This document shows, in pieces, positions 47,806 to 62,702 of a stretch of 64,000 nucleotides of DNA (position 1 is its first letter; each line of letters begins with the position of its first letter). Position numbers and translations under genes: made by a program. The notes below the pieces were generated by a model that was given only the letters and a program-made list of their open reading frames with translations, searched no databases and was not told where the DNA came from. The DNA comes from Amoebidium appalachense (Eukaryota > Protista > Ichthyosporea). The DNA lies in contig CAVNZM010000002.1 in the NCBI GenBank assembly GCA_963693365.1, positions 12,084,328 to 12,148,327 on the forward strand, read 5' to 3'.

Positions 47806-49073
47806 GCATCAGTGGTGTGTATGTGTGTGTGTGTGTGTGCGTGTGTGTGGGCAGGGGGGGGGGGGGGGGGTGTAAATCACCTGAGCAAACTGAGGGCTCT
47901 TAATAAGAGACTGCATGGCTTCAGGGGTGTGGGGTGGCGGCAGGAATGGCTTGAGCACTTCGAGAGATTGGGGGTCGGACAGGAGGGGGCTCAGAACGTC
48001 AGGAGAAAGAACATCGTTCATGCTGACGTTGTCTGCAAAAATACCGGAAAATGAATAAAACGGGGTTGTGAAATAGGGATAGGCGAGTTGGTGCATGCAA
48101 TGCATTTGGGGATCTCTAAATCAATTGCAAAAATAAGGGGACGTGAATAAACGGGATTTTGGTATAGAGATAAGCGACTTAGTGCATGTTTCAATGCATT
48201 TGGGTGTATCTCTATATATCATTTGGATAAGTGAAATTACGGGATTTTGATATTGGGATAGGCGACTTGGTACCTGCAATAGAGTTGGGTACCTCCAAAT
48301 ATCATATGCAAAATACTGGGACGTAAATAAACGGGATTTTCGATTTTCGAATGACTGACTTGGTAAATGCACTGAGCTTGGTATCTCTAAACATCATTTG
48401 CAAAAAAACGGGTATATAAACACACGGGATTGCGAGATTACGAGATCTGGGACTTGGTGCATACAGTGAAGTTGGATATCACCAAGCATCATTCCCGACT
48501 AGACGATTGTACGTTAAATGTCATATCATTTTTGATTTTCCATACATCACCATTCTTTTTTGATCAAAAGTAATTAAAATTTTAAGTTTTAACCCTTCAC
48601 ATACCAGGCATGCGGATACCGGAGAGCAGCTGCTGCAGTGCCGAGAGCTCAGCGGCGGTAGGTGCATGGCCCCCCACAGAGGAGGCCCCCGTAAGGGGGG
48701 TGGATGCGGGCTCAGAGGAGGGGGCGGGAGCGGCGGAAGGAGCGGGTGCGGGGGCAGGAGTCTCGGGTGCCGGCGCACTGAGCCAATCAGATATGTTTGT
48801 TAAATCTCGAATCGAATATTAAAAACAGGGTACGGGAGAGGGGAGGGAGAGTATTTGGACTGTGAGAGAGTGTAGAGTAAAATGAAAGTTTTGTGCAAGT
48901 GGACAAAAGAAAACTAGCATGGTGGAGTCTATAAATGATATACAGGCACGTGCGCCCCACACCCAACACATCCGATTAAACTAAACCCATGGGAAGGGAT
49001 GGGTTTCGCAAGACCCCCTTTTTCTTTCTTCTCTTTCTTTCTTTCTTTCTTTCTTTCTTTTTTTTTTTTTTTT

Positions 49074-49104
<31 letters not shown>

Positions 49105-49710
49105 GGGGGTTTGAATGCGAAACACGGTACGAAGTACGCATACACGATGAGACGCATGGTGCAGGACACATGCAAAGGCAAACATTCAAGTATGCAACAT
49201 CAGCCATGCGCACAGTATGCGTCATAAGCAGAGCCCATCCTCAGGGAGGGCCCAAGTCATCAATTGCGTTTCGACCCCTTAGCCCGCGTATATACGACTC
49301 CTCAACTCAGACAGCAGCATCAACTGAACTTGGGAGGGTCAACCCGTCTTGATCAAAGACGAGCAGGGTTGCTTATGCAAGCAAGGTGAGCAAAACGGTG
49401 AAGATGTGCGCGCAAACTAATGCAGTGCAGCGAAAAATGTGTATGTGCTTACAGATGCACGACACAGAGCAACCATGCCCGGTTGCATGGAAGTAAAGCG
49501 GTGGGGAGGGGGGGGAGGGGGAGGTTAAAGGGCGGGGGGACGGGGGGGGGGGGGGGGGGGGGGGGATTGAATACGTCATAGAGTACCAAGTACACATTCA
49601 TGGCAGACAACACCATGCAGAGTGCAAACCACACAAAGAGGATGTATATTTAGCAAAACCCATCATCAGAAAAAGCCCAAATCATACACAGTACACCGTG
49701 GGTGGTTGCG

Positions 49711-49749
<39 letters not shown>

Positions 49750-49884
49750 ACGTACGGTGCAGCAGCTGCCGGTGTGACGTCCATGCCCGGGGCATCGAGC
49801 TGTGGCCCGGAAAGAGAAAGTCAGCAACAGCCATTTGCGTAAAAATCCTTACAAACGATTGCATCTTTAATACAGGTGGCTTGC

Positions 49885-49917
<33 letters not shown>

Positions 49918-50468
49918 TTCCCCTCCCCCGGTCTTCCCCCCACCCAATCTCCCACTTTCCGTATTTTGTGTCTGTGCAAAATATGTTGATGCCACCCTTC
50001 CTGGAAGAGGGAGGGAGAATCCGAATGTGTCTCTCTTGCATGCTTCCGTTTTCCGAACTTTCTTTCTTCTTCTTTCTTTCTTTCTACTTCCCTTTTGAAG
50101 GAGGTTACACAGTATACGTTAAAAAAAAAAAAAAAAAAAAAACCAAATGAATTGCAGTGCAATACGTACGGTGTGGTGTTTATCGAACCAGGAGAGGGGA
50201 AAAAACCAAAACTCGAGAACCAAAAGGGACAAAAAAAAAAAAGGGGGGGGGGGGGGACCTTGTCCAAATCGACGCCAGCAAATGGGTCGCCGCTGTTGCT
50301 TGAGGGGGGGTTGTTGATGAGGTAGTTCACCTTGCGCACTATCTCTAGGTCCTTCTCGTCCTTGGGCTGTGTGTGTGTGTGTGCATGTGCGTGTGCGTGT
50401 GCGCGCGCGTGTGTGTGTGTGTGTGTGTGTACGGGGATGTGTGTGGCGTGTGTGTGTGTGTGCACGGG

Positions 50469-50546
<78 letters not shown>

Positions 50547-51280
50547 CGCCTGTGTCTGCTGGAATGTGTATATGTGTGTAGATCTGTGCGTGTGTAGGTG
50601 TAGGTGCTCGTGTGAGTGAAAAAGAGGGCGTATGGGAGAGAGGAAGAAACAGAATCGTTTGCAGTTGCAAGAAACTTATCCATAAAACTACCCAAAAACA
50701 CGCAAGCGCAAACAAACGAGCCTCGAGCTCACTCAGATGAACATATCTTCCCATCCCATCCCTCAATAGACATTAAATTGAAGTTACAGAGGAATCACCG
50801 CGAGCACACACATGCAGCCCCCCCCCCCCCTCACACACACACACACAAAAAAAAAAAGAAAAACACCCATTCATATATCACACCCACCCCCTAGCCCCCA
50901 CCCCAGCCACACCCACCCACCCACACCCACACCCACACACACACCTCCTGCATCCAGAAGAAGTACTTCCTGCTAGTGCCGCTGAAGCTCAGCAGGTAGA
51001 CCCTCTGGTTGGTCTGCTTGACCTTCTTGAACTCCGCATCGGACGGGAAGATGATCAGCGCCTGTGCGAAACAACATCTGTTATTCATTGCTTTACATAT
51101 AGCTTGTTTGCACTATGAATAGCCCGGGCGTCTAACATGTGTCTAGTATAACCTGATGGTTTATGTTTGAACCAAATTGCGCTCTCTATCTGCCTTTGTC
51201 CCCCACTCTCTCTCCCCCCCCCCCCCTCTCCCTCCCCGCGTCCCCCCCCCCCCTCCACGCGTCTCTCTCAGTGTGCATGT

Positions 51281-51349
<69 letters not shown>

Positions 51350-51546
51350 CGCGCGCGCGTGCGCGCACGCGCCTGTGTGTCTGTGTTTGTGTGTGCACGC
51401 GCAGATGCGCAACCACTCAACAGTGACGCCTGCCCCTGGCTACGTGGTCCACAGTGCCAATTCATCGGCTTGCTGGCATTATGCATGCCCTGTAACCTCG
51501 CACTTGTTCGAGTTGCTGGTAGGGGTACATGGGGGGAAGGGGGGGG

Positions 51547-51582
<36 letters not shown>

Positions 51583-52348
51583 GTGTGCGTGTGTGTTTGT
51601 ATGTGTGTGTGCGCGCACGTGTGTGTGTGCGTGTGTGTGTATGAGCAGGAGAAGGGGGGGGGGGGGGGGGGGTTGAATGCGTCATAAAGTACGAAGTACA
51701 CAAGAACAAACGGATAACACGATGTAGAATGCAAGCCATACATAAAGAGTATGCATAATAAGCAGAGACCATCCTCAGGGGGGGAAGGGGGGGGGGAGGG
51801 GGGGGGGGAGGACAAACCTCTTCCTCCTTGCCTGATTTTCTGTCCTTCCAGCAGAAATGCAGAAGCCCGTCCCTCTAGAGGCAAAAGGTCAGTGTATGAT
51901 ACAAGACAGATAAGCATTGCAAGGGAAAGAACTTGAAAGAAAGGAGGAGCGGAAGGGGAGGGGGGGGGGGGGGAGGGAGGGGAGGGAGGGGGGGGAGGGG
52001 AGGGGGGGGGGAGGGGGGAGAGGGGGGGGGGGGGGGCAAGGGGGTGAGGAGGGGGTGGTGGACAGGGCCAGGTGAAGCCAGAAAAGGCTAACATTAAATC
52101 ATCATCACCCACGTGGAAGACACGCCACTATATTCTGAACACAAAAACAAGGAAACAGTTTTGAGCTGTCGTGAAGTGACAGGAAAACATTACTCTACGA
52201 AACATTACCAATACAATGTCAAATGAACGATTCACTGCTTTCTAAACGGATAAAAATATATATTTTAAAAACTTACGCCAACCACCTTCTACAACCCCTC
52301 TATTACATAGTACAAACACATACAAACAAACACAAAAACGTGGCAGAA

Positions 52349-52432
<84 letters not shown>

Positions 52433-52648
52433 ACACCCACACCCACACCCACACCCACCCACACGAACCAAATGAAAAAACACAATAAAAAAGTGTTAAG
52501 ACAAAATGAGAAAACATACCACGACGAGGTAGACCAACCCCTTGCGCACATCGGGAGTGACCATCTTTCCCTCCTTGTTCATGCGCCCGGCACGGAACTC
52601 AATCAGATTGCCGCTCTTGGGCGTCTGTGCCGTCGGAAACAGAGACAT
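46334..52648 (-). CDS. RPN13: Proteasomal ubiquitin receptor Rpn13/ADRM1
   Basis: Nine in-phase exons (52648-52520, 51874-51818, 51061-50945, 50366-50259, ~49799-49756, ~48777-48605, 48032-47881, ~47169-47082, 46428-46334). Pru domain [38 protein letters not shown] and C-terminal UCH37-binding motif [19 protein letters not shown]. Probable 5'UTR intron from ~55067 to 52654. Confidence 0.95.
48040..48500. repeat. ~90-bp minisatellite (~5 units)
   Basis: AAACGGGATTTT..GCGACTTGGTGCAT..ATCTCTAAATATCATTTGCAAAA recurs at ~90-nt period next to the Rpn13 exon-7 acceptor. Confidence 0.85.
49110..49386 (-). mobile_element. Structured intronic dispersed repeat, complete copy B
   Basis: Shares ATAAGCAGAGCCCATCCTCAGGG, GTTTCGACC, CAACTCAGA and CCCGTCTTGATCA(A/G)AGACGAGCAGGGTTGCTTATGCA with copy A. 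Begins right after a G-run with TTGAATGCG. Confidence 0.8.
49567..49700 (-). repeat. Partial copy of the intronic repeat family
   Basis: G-run + TTGAATACGTCATAGAGTACCAAGTACAC..CCCATCATCAG..GCCCAAATCATACACAGTAC. Confidence 0.7.
51672..51781 (-). repeat. Truncated, near-identical copy of repeat A
   Basis: Differs from 6501-6610 at only a few positions. Confidence 0.9.
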
Positions 52649-52736
52649 GGTGCCTGCTAGGAAAACACCATTGAGTTTCTTTTTTTCCTTTTCTTTTTTT
52701 TTTTTTTTTTTTTGAGCGGGGGGCGGGGGGGGGGAA

Positions 52737-52772
<36 letters not shown>

Positions 52773-53483
52773 GATGTATGCGTTAGAGGGATGGAAATAT
52801 GGAGGAGACAACAAAGAGCAACAACAAAGTGTCACAAAAGTGGGAAATCCAAAATCAAAACAATTTAAGCGTGCAGGCAGACGACACTTGAACAGAGCCC
52901 ATGGAGGGAAGGGGGAGAGGAGGGGGAGGGGGCCGGGGGTAGGAAGGGAGGGGGGAGGCGTTTAGAATGCGGGGCACGGAACCAAAACCAACCACACGAT
53001 GAAAAAACACAGTGCAGGGCACTTGCAAAAGGAAACATGTTAGCATGCAACATCAGAAACGCCTAATTTGCAACATAAAGAGGGGTTAATGCGTTACAGG
53101 ATATCTCAAGAGCATCAGAGAGGGGGGGGGAGGGGGGCGGCTGGGGAAGGAGGGGGAGGGCGGGGGAGGAGGGGGCAGGAGTGTGTTACAACAGCGTACG
53201 AGGGACAGATTTACAATGGGAGGCACAATACAGATTTTGAGGAAAAGAGCACACGCAGAATATGCATTATAAGTCAAACCCGGAGTGAGAAAGAAAGGGG
53301 AAATAGTCAAAGAGACACAGGAAGAGAGGAAACAGAGAGGGGGAGGGGGGGAGGGGGGAGGAGCGGGCACGGGGGGGGTACTCGGGGGGGGGAGGGGGGG
53401 GGGGGATATAGAGGGAGGCAGAAAGAGAAAGGGAGAGAGCAACGGAGGGAGAGAGAGACAGAGATAGACACACACACACCCAC

Positions 53484-53514
<31 letters not shown>

Positions 53515-53667
53515 TAGGGAGGGAGGGAGGGAGGGAAAGGGAGGGAGAGAGAGAGAGCGAGGGAGAGAGGGAGAGAGGGAGAGAGGGGGGGGGGGGAGGG
53601 GGGAGGGAGAGAGAGAGAGAGGGAGAGAGGGGGGAGAGGGAGAGAGGGGGGGGGGGGGGGGGGGGGG

Positions 53668-53703
<36 letters not shown>

Positions 53704-54579
53704 AGCTGTGTGTGTGGCAAGCATGGGAAAGTGATGAGCGCCCCGGCGGGGGAAGACTGCGAGAAAGAGAGGGGGGGAAGGGGGGGGGGGGGGGGAGGAG
53801 GGGAGAGAGCGAGAGAGAGAGGGAGGGAGGAAGATGGAGATTAGGGAGAGAGAGGGGGAGAGGGGAGGGGGTACGGGCGGGAAACGGAAAGAGAGAGAGG
53901 GGGAGAGAGAGAGAGGAGAGAGGGAGAGGGGGAGAGAAGGAGGGAGGGGGGAGAGAGAGAGAGTGTGTGTGTGTGCGTGGGTCTGTGTATGTGCACGTGT
54001 GTGTGAGAAGTGTCCGGGGGGGGGGGGGGGGGGAGGGAGGGGGGAGGGGTTAAAGGGGGTTTCTTTTAGGTTTTCGGGCCGGGCCGGGTCAGAGGGAATT
54101 CTAGCTATATGATTGGCGTGCTGCGCATCAATTGCGCACCATCATTTTGCCCGCAGCAAGGATCAGATGCGCCATAGTACAACAAAAAAGAAAAAGAAAA
54201 GAGAAAAAAAAAGAAATAAAGAAGGGAATAATAATAATAAAGCGTTAGAACGAAAATTGCAGCTCATATCGTGATTTATATGCTGAACAAATGGCTTGAC
54301 CCGGATGTGCTGGAATGGGGACAATTATTCGGCCTAAAAGAAACCCCCTTTGAAGGGAAGGAGGATGACGAGCTCCAGCAGGTATCGTAAGCAAGATCTT
54401 GAAAAAAGCAACAACATAAAACGACTGAATCAAAACATAAAGAAAGCAGCTGCGAGACACAGAGACAAAGAGCTAAGTGGCGGGGACCAATGAAAGGGGA
54501 AAGGGGGAGAGAGGGAGAGAGTGTGTGTGCCTATAAGTGTGTGTGAAGTGTGCGCGCATGCGCGGGTGTGTAATTGTCT

Positions 54580-54660
<81 letters not shown>

Positions 54661-55748
54661 GTGCGAGCAGAGCAGCTGGCGAAAACTTCGCCAACGCTCC
54701 CAATAAGAGCTAGACACCAGATCTCTAACAGCCCTCGGCACACAACTGCCTACAGGACTGCACAGGGCAAGCCGCAGTCTGAAGACCACGTTCGGGGTAA
54801 AGGAAAAAAGGCTCCTAAAAACGATCACAACACCTCCTGGAGTAATAAACAGAAGAAAGGCAACGAGGACTCGAAGATATAATCTTGAACGTGTGCTCCC
54901 TCCTTCCTCCAGCTGTTTCTTATGCTCCAGCTATTTCTTATGTTACTTGCAAACCATCCTTGACAACACGCAATCATGCATGGAAGAAAAAAAAAAAGAA
55001 AACTACATTCATATCTTTTCAGTTCTCTTTTTTCTTTTCTACAAAAACAGTATGATCGTCGACACACCTTTTTTTCGTCGTTTAGCTTAGGGACTTGTTC
55101 TATTCACTAAAGAAACACACAGTCTGAAGCTTGACTCTGGCGCCTTTTCAAAAGTTTTCTGTGACGTTTGGTGACGTAAACAAGGAGAACACAAAAATAG
55201 ATTTTCTGCTGAGTGCAGTTCTATAAATAGACCATTGGCCCTTCGTCCAATCACAAGATCCTGCGGGGATGGCATCGCGCCGGTGGACTGAGCCGATTCA
55301 GACAAAGACAGGCATCTCAAGTGTATATATTTGTTCACACGAGCATAATGTGCTACACACAAGTTGCGTTCCTTGTTCAGCACGCTTTCAACGGTGTGTA
55401 TTTATTTACATTGACTATGTAACAGCTAATAGAGTGAGAGCGAGCTCGAGAGAAGGCTTCGTGCCACGTATCAGATTGAAATTTGGAATGGAGATTCTAA
55501 AATAGATAAGCCAATAGGAATAGCTCGCTTTAGTCTCAACTAATCGCAGGTATTACAAACTAACTATATTTGGCTATTTATTCTGATGGCGCTCTGATAA
55601 GAAATATTTGAACCACTCAAAGGGCAACACAGGACCCCACACGTGGCTCGTTTCCTACAAAACATTTTGCAAGCTTCCAAGTTCGTTACTTTTCTTTTGT
55701 CGCAACATCGTATAACAAGTAGCATTGTAAACATATAAAAACGCGAAG

Positions 55749-57346
55749 ATGCCACCCAAGAAGGCGCCCGAGCCGGTTAACCTGAATGCGGCGCGTTTCG
55801 GCCGCGTGAAGAACAACCTTAAGATGGGTATTGTTGGCCTTCCCAACGTCGGCAAGTCATCTCTGTTCAATCTTCTCACAGAGCAGTCCGTTGCTGCTGA
55901 AAACTACCCCTTCTGCACCATCGACCCGAGTGAATCGCGCTGCCCGGTGCCTGATGAGCGTTACGATTATCTGTGTAACCTCTGGAAGCCGCCTTCCATG
56001 TACCCCGCTTACCTCTACGTCACAGATATTGCTGGGTTGGTGAAGGGCGCAAGTGAAGGTGCCGGTCTTGGGAATGCCTTCCTTTCTCACATCCAGGTAT
56101 GTATTCGACAAGTATATGGCTGCTTTGGATGCCCGTTCGGGCCTCCTAGGAGTTTTCTTTTGGTTTTCTTTCAATTCTTTACACATCTAGATCACTGCTA
56201 CCTCGTTCTTTTTCTGCTACTTTCTTGGAGAGTATTTCAAACCGAGAGAGTTGGCTGCACTAACACTTAGGCATTCGGATCCGTGTTTGTGCGCATCATG
56301 GTGACTATGTCAGAGTAATGTTAAGCCTTCTAATCGTAGAAGTAAAGACAGGCAGGGTTAAAGTGACTATTCAAATGGTATTACCGAGAGTATACACACC
56401 TGCAACGAGCACTGTGGGCTGCCCATGCTTCACATCGCCCAAGGTCTGGTTCACCAAGCTGCTTCTTCCAGGTCTCTTGTGCCTCTTTTTTAAGTCGTCG
56501 TGTCGTCTGTGTAGCACTAAGCCATACGTCACCAAAGTCTATGCTATGCGGCCTACCCACCCACACTTACACACACACACACACACACACACACAAACCC
56601 AAACACACACCACACACTTACAAACACTCACACTCGCACTCACACTTACACGCCCGTCCGCTTACGCACACACACACTCACTCACTCACACACACACACT
56701 CACTCACTCACTCACTCACTCACTGGCTCACCCCCCCCTCCCCCCCCCCCCCCCCCCCACGCACACACACACACACACGTACGCACGCACAGGCCGTGGA
56801 CGGCATCTTCCACGTCGTGCGTGCGTTTGAGAACGACAGTGTCGTCCATGTCGAGGACAGCGTGGACCCCATCCGTGATCTGACCACCATTCAGAACGAG
56901 TTGTGCAAGAAGGATCTTGCCATTCTGGAGAAGGCCGTCCAGGCAGAGAACAAGGATGTAAAGCGCACACAGGTGTGTGGGTTCGGTGGTTCAGCTCGCC
57001 TTACGGATCTGATGTTCTTTTTTGTATGAATAGGCGCGGTGATGGAGGGAAAATCAAGGCATGAGGAGGTTGGGGGGTGGCAGTGGTGGTGGGGGGGAAG
57101 GGGACGGTCAAGAGTGGGTTGGTTTTTTGGGGGGGAGGGTGTATTGGGGCGGTGTTCGTATGTGTGTGTGTGGAGGGGGGGGGGGGGGGGGGGGGGGTTC
57201 GTGCTGTTACCCTGCCGAGGTTTTGAAGAAAAAAAATTGTTGTTGTTGTTACTTGTTTATTTTGGATTGGGAGTTGGCGGCACGAGTGGCAAGATTGACA
57301 ACCACAATGCAGTGGTGGATGGGCAGGAGGTTGAAGCTAGGATTGA

Positions 57347-57381
<35 letters not shown>

Positions 57382-59022
57382 GGGGGGGGGGGGGGGGAGG
57401 GGGGAGGCCTTCCACGATGCATACGGGAAACATTGAGGAGAGCGGGTCGGTGTGTGTGTTTATGGGGGGAGGGGATGGGGGGGGGGGGGGAGGGGACAAC
57501 TAAACACGACTTCCGGGGGGGGAAAGGTGGGGTCTCCAGAGTCTATACAAAACTGTGGCATTGGGTGTTTTTGTTGTGTGTGTGTGGGGGGGGGGGGGGG
57601 GGGATTGAAAAGGTCTGCCTGCGCACGGGTGCTGGGGAGGGAGGGAGGGGAGGGGGGCATAACACCGAGTTTCATTTAGTTCCAAAGGGGTTGGTCCTTT
57701 TCCTTTTCTTTCTTTTCTTTTTTTGGAAGGAGGAGTGGGGGGGGGGGGGGGGGGGGGGGAGGGTATTGTCTGATTATGTGTTGCCCTGCTTGCCTTGTGT
57801 GGCCATATCTCACCCCATTTCCCGTTTTTCCCTCTTTTAGGGCACAAAGCTCTCCGGCCTGTTCATCAGCACCATGGACAAGGTCAAATCGATGCTCGAA
57901 AACAACAAACCGGTTCGGGACGGTGACTGGACCGGCCCGGAAGTGGAGTTGATCAACGAGAAGCTGCGCCTGATCACAACTAAGCCCATTGTCTATCTGG
58001 TCAACATCAGCCAGGCGGACTATATGAGCAAGAAGAACAAGTGGCTGCCTAAAATCCACAAGTATGTGCTTAAAATTTGGAATGTTGGAGATTTTTGCGA
58101 GCTTTTGAGCACTTTGTATACAACATTGAATATTCTAGGTTCTGATTGTAGGTTTAAAAGCAAGGGTGCATCTACATATGCGGTTGTACACATAGAACGT
58201 GTGGGTGTGGGTGTGGGTGTGCGCGCGCGTTCGTGCCTGTATGTGAAAGAAGAATGTGACCTTATACGGTGGACAACAAGGTTTCTTTCTTCAGCCTCTC
58301 CACCCACCATTGCAACCTAGCGTCCGTGCGCGCGTACACACACACGCACACACACACACGCACACATTACCTACACCACTTCCCTTATCCCACTTGACTG
58401 CCGACGCAGAACCATACACTGCAGAAGCACCCACACACTGCCCCAGTTATTATGATAAAAAGTGTTATCAGACTTACGTACACAAACACAAATACCTCAC
58501 ATGCAACTACTTTCATTTCATTCGCTCATGCCCACGTGCACCTCAGCCAATCACATCACTAACACGTTTTTTTTTGTTTTTTTTTTTGCCTTCTTTTTTT
58601 TTTTTGTATCGCCAGGTGGATCCAGGAGCATGGTGGCGGCACCATGATCCCCTTCAGCGTCGAGTTCGAGCAGGCGCTGTGGAACATTCGGGAAGATCCC
58701 GAGAAGCAGAAGGCGTTTTTGGAGCAGAGTGGGGCAAAGAGCATGTTGCCTAAAATGGTAACCACCGGGTACCATGAGCTCAACATGATCCATTTCTTCA
58801 CTGCCGGAGAGACGGAGGTGCGGTGTTGGACCGTGTTCAACGGCGCACTGGCTCCACAGGTGTGTTTTTGCTTCCTTTTTTTCGGATCAGTTTTTGTCTC
58901 TATCGTAGGGTTTTGGGAAAGCTTTTTGTTTGTTTTGTTTGTTTTTGTTGTTCACCGGCTTTCGGATTTGCGTGCATATCCTTGTGTCTAGGAAGCGGGT
59001 GTCGAGGCTTGTGCCTGTGACC

Positions 59023-59066
<44 letters not shown>

Positions 59067-59860
59067 TGGGTGGGTGGGTGGGTGGGTGGGTGGGGGGGTG
59101 GGGGGGGGGGGGGGGGGTGGGGGGGTTGAGCGAATGTTAAGTGTTTTGTTTTTTTTTGGGGGGGGGGGGGGGGGGGGGGACAAACATGCTTGCTGTGTGC
59201 GTGCCTGTAACGTGGTTCGGGCCTGATTATTATTAGCCTTATCTTCTTCTCTTTTCTTTTTTTTGGGGGGGGGGAGGGGGGGGGGGTTTCACTCTACGGG
59301 ATGTTCCCGCATGGATAGTCGCAGGCATGAATATGAGTGCGGGTGACCATGGTCTCTGTTTCTGTTGATTCTTTTTTCTTTTCTTCCCTTAACTGTTGTC
59401 CTTCTTCGCACATTCACCTGGTGTCCCGGGGGGGGGGGGGGGGGGGGGGGAGAAGAAGATGGATGCAAAAGTGAATGGGTAGGAAGGGGGGGGAGGGGGG
59501 GGGGGGGGGATCAAGAGCGACACCAAAAAAGCATTAGTGGGCAGCTGCAGGCTCTGGTTGGATCTTCCCCCCTGCAACCAAAGTATTTCCCACTACCTCG
59601 TGTTCCCTTTTTTGGTAATTTCTGACTCCTATTTGTTTTTGGAAAAACAGGCTGCCGGTGTGATCCACAGCGACTTTGAGCGCGGGTTCATTAAAGCGGA
59701 GGTTGTCGGGTGGGAAGACTTTAAGGCCCTTGCCACCCAGCCGAGCATGGCCGAGATTAAGGCGGCGGGCAAATACCGGCAGGAAGGAAAGATGTACAAG
59801 ATGCAGGACGGGGATATCGTGCACTTCATGTTCAACGTCACTACCAAGGCTAAGAAATAG
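55749..59860 (+). CDS. OLA1: Obg-like ATPase 1 (YchF/OLA1)
   Basis: Exons 55749-56096, 56793-56972, 57841-58061, 58616-58859, 59651-59860. Motifs [75 protein letters not shown]. Confidence 0.97.
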
Positions 59861-60626
59861 AGCTGCGGGTGGGGGGATTTCGGTTTTACGGTTTCATTTT
59901 TACCGGTTTATGCAGGCGTCTATAACAAGTCCGAGCCTCCGTCCTTGGATGGCTATATGCCTAGCAAGAGAAGAGAGATTTTTACTGTTCCAACCTTACA
60001 GAAGGAGCACGTTTTGCAGGCATGACAAGGCGAGAAAGTGGTTGAATTTGTATTTTATATTAGGAATATTTTTTTGTTTTGTGTTTTGATATCGTTTCGG
60101 TTTTTTTTCTGTTGTGTTTCTTGGGGAATGGTATGTTACGATCGAGTGGTTGCAATATGCTGTTTCTCAGATGAAGTACTCTAAATCGGCATTTTGCTAA
60201 TCGATGTCAATTTGATGCATGCGTCAATGGTATTTCGGATACAATTATTACCTTTGCCTATGTATGGCCCCATCTCTTTTTTTACGTGCATCACCAATTG
60301 CCTTAAAAAGAAAAATGGAGAAATCGGAATACCGATTTAGTCATTAAAGAGTATGAGACGAAGGACAGGACCCGATAATGGGCCGAGTTACCTAGCATAC
60401 AATTGCATCACATATTTGTCGAAAATAAACAGTACGCTCTAAACTTTGGCACGGTTAAACGTTCAATCTGTAAACAAGGTAGTGACAGTCCATGGGTTGA
60501 AAACAAATGTACCCGCCGACGGGCAGAAGGGGGAGGGGGGCAGAGGAGAAGGGATATAATAGAGACAGAGGATCTCAGAGAATGACAGAGAGGAAGGATA
60601 TCGATATGGAAGGCCGAGGGAGGGAA

Positions 60627-60681
<55 letters not shown>

Positions 60682-61190
60682 CTTGGCTGCTCCACAGAAA
60701 TAATTCGATCATGAAATACACTGGCGCCATAGCCAATCCATTATATCATACCTTATTTTATCGCTTTCGATTGCGAAAAAAATATCGTAATTCAATTCTT
60801 TGTACAGATTCCCAATTCATCGGTGTATCTTCCTTGATACACCTCCACCACATACCGCGTTCAGCTCACAGGTTGACTTCTTGTATACAAAGCACGAAAT
60901 ACATTGTATTACGTTCGTTTACCATACACTATGATAGTAATACTCCGAATGAGACTTGATCAGTTGCAGAAGCACACACAGCTTTGCTGCGTGCGCATGC
61001 ACTTTGAAGTAAATTTCTCCGGCTGTCCGTATGCGTACCTAACTGCAACTTGCTCTACTATGGGTTGTGTATCACGTGGTGAAACGAGTAGTGCCTGTCC
61101 CTTTGTCTAATCAGGGAACCAAAAAAAACATAATACAAACGAAAAAAAAAAACAGGAGGAGGAGGTGGTGGTGGTGGTGGTGGTGGTGGT

Positions 61191-61228
<38 letters not shown>

Positions 61229-61340
61229 GGGGGGGGGAGGGGAAGATCATCCCTATGATTCAGGAGCATAGAAAAAGGACTTCTGGATGCCCAAATTAAA
61301 TTTTAGCCACAATCATTCTGCCTTTAATCCCTACCACTGA

Positions 61341-62023
61341 TCATTGACCGTCATTTCTGTGGCCGTAAAAACCCTGTAGACATTCCAGCAAATCCGGATA
61401 GTTCTCCCACAGATGCACCGTGGCTGCCACCCTATCTCTGTTCTCTGCTAGAGCCCTCTCCAGCCGAAACCCCTTGCGGGCCAACACAACATCCCCGCTG
61501 CAATTAGGGAAATAAAAGACGGGGGAGGGAGGGGAGGGGAGGGGAGGGGGGAGGTTAGTGCTGATGTTTTGTTACAATACTTCTCTAGGCTCCCATGGCT
61601 AGTCCCCCCCCTCCGCCCCCGGGGGGGTTCTTTTTCTCCGAGCATAGGGGGCCCAGGGAGCAAGGGAGGGGAGATTGTGGAACAGGGAAAAGGGGAACGG
61701 ACAGAGGGGCGGAGGGTGGGAGGGTAGGAGAGAAGACACAAGAGAGAAGACAAGAGAGGGCAGAGAGGGGGGAGGGACCGAGGGGGGACTGGGGGAGGGG
61801 CGGGCGGAAGCGAGAGACAGACATCACATACATACAGAGAGAGAGAGAGAGGAGAAAGAGAGGGAGATATTGTGTGTGTGTGTGTGTGTGTGAGGAGTGG
61901 GGGGAGGGGGATAGGTGTAAGGGGAGGAGGAGGGAAGGACTGAGAGAGAGAGGGGGGGGGGGGGGGAGGAAGGGGGAAATAGAGAGAGAGAGAGAGGGGG
62001 GGGGGGGGGGGGGCGAGAAAGAC

Positions 62024-62105
<82 letters not shown>

Positions 62106-62338
62106 AGGGAGGGAGAGAGGGAAAGAGGGGGGGGGGGGGGGGGGGAGAGTGAGAGAGTGAGAGAGCGAGAGAGAGAGAGAAGAGAGAGAGACTCTCGGGA
62201 TGAGAGAGATGGTGGGGAGAGGGGTTCCGTGAGAGAGGTAGAGAAAGAGAGAAGTTGGGGGGGGGGGGAGGGGGGGAGGTAGGGAGGAAGGGAGAAAGGG
62301 AGGGAGCGAGGGAGGGAGGGGCAGGAGATACATAACAG

Positions 62339-62376
<38 letters not shown>

Positions 62377-62394
62377 GAGGAGGGGGGAGGGGAT

Positions 62395-62425
<31 letters not shown>

Positions 62426-62643
62426 AAAAACACAACCTTTTTAGTCGCATGGCTGGGCAGCAATCGTTTGCTCCGTCACCAACGTAAACGACCTGACTGT
62501 GTGCCAGAAAACCCACAAAAGACACGGAAAGAACATCGATAAGAATGAAAACCACCCCACACGGAGCATGTTTGCCCAGGAAAGGAAGAGAAAAAGGGGG
62601 AGTGTTGACACAGATCGGGTGGGCCACAGTAGAGTGAGGGAAG

Positions 62644-62702
<59 letters not shown>

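Noticed and set aside
54279-54882. Possible small two-exon plus-strand gene (MLNKWLDPDVLEWGQLF...)
   Set aside because: No recognisable homology, and it lies antisense within the probable Rpn13 5'UTR intron.
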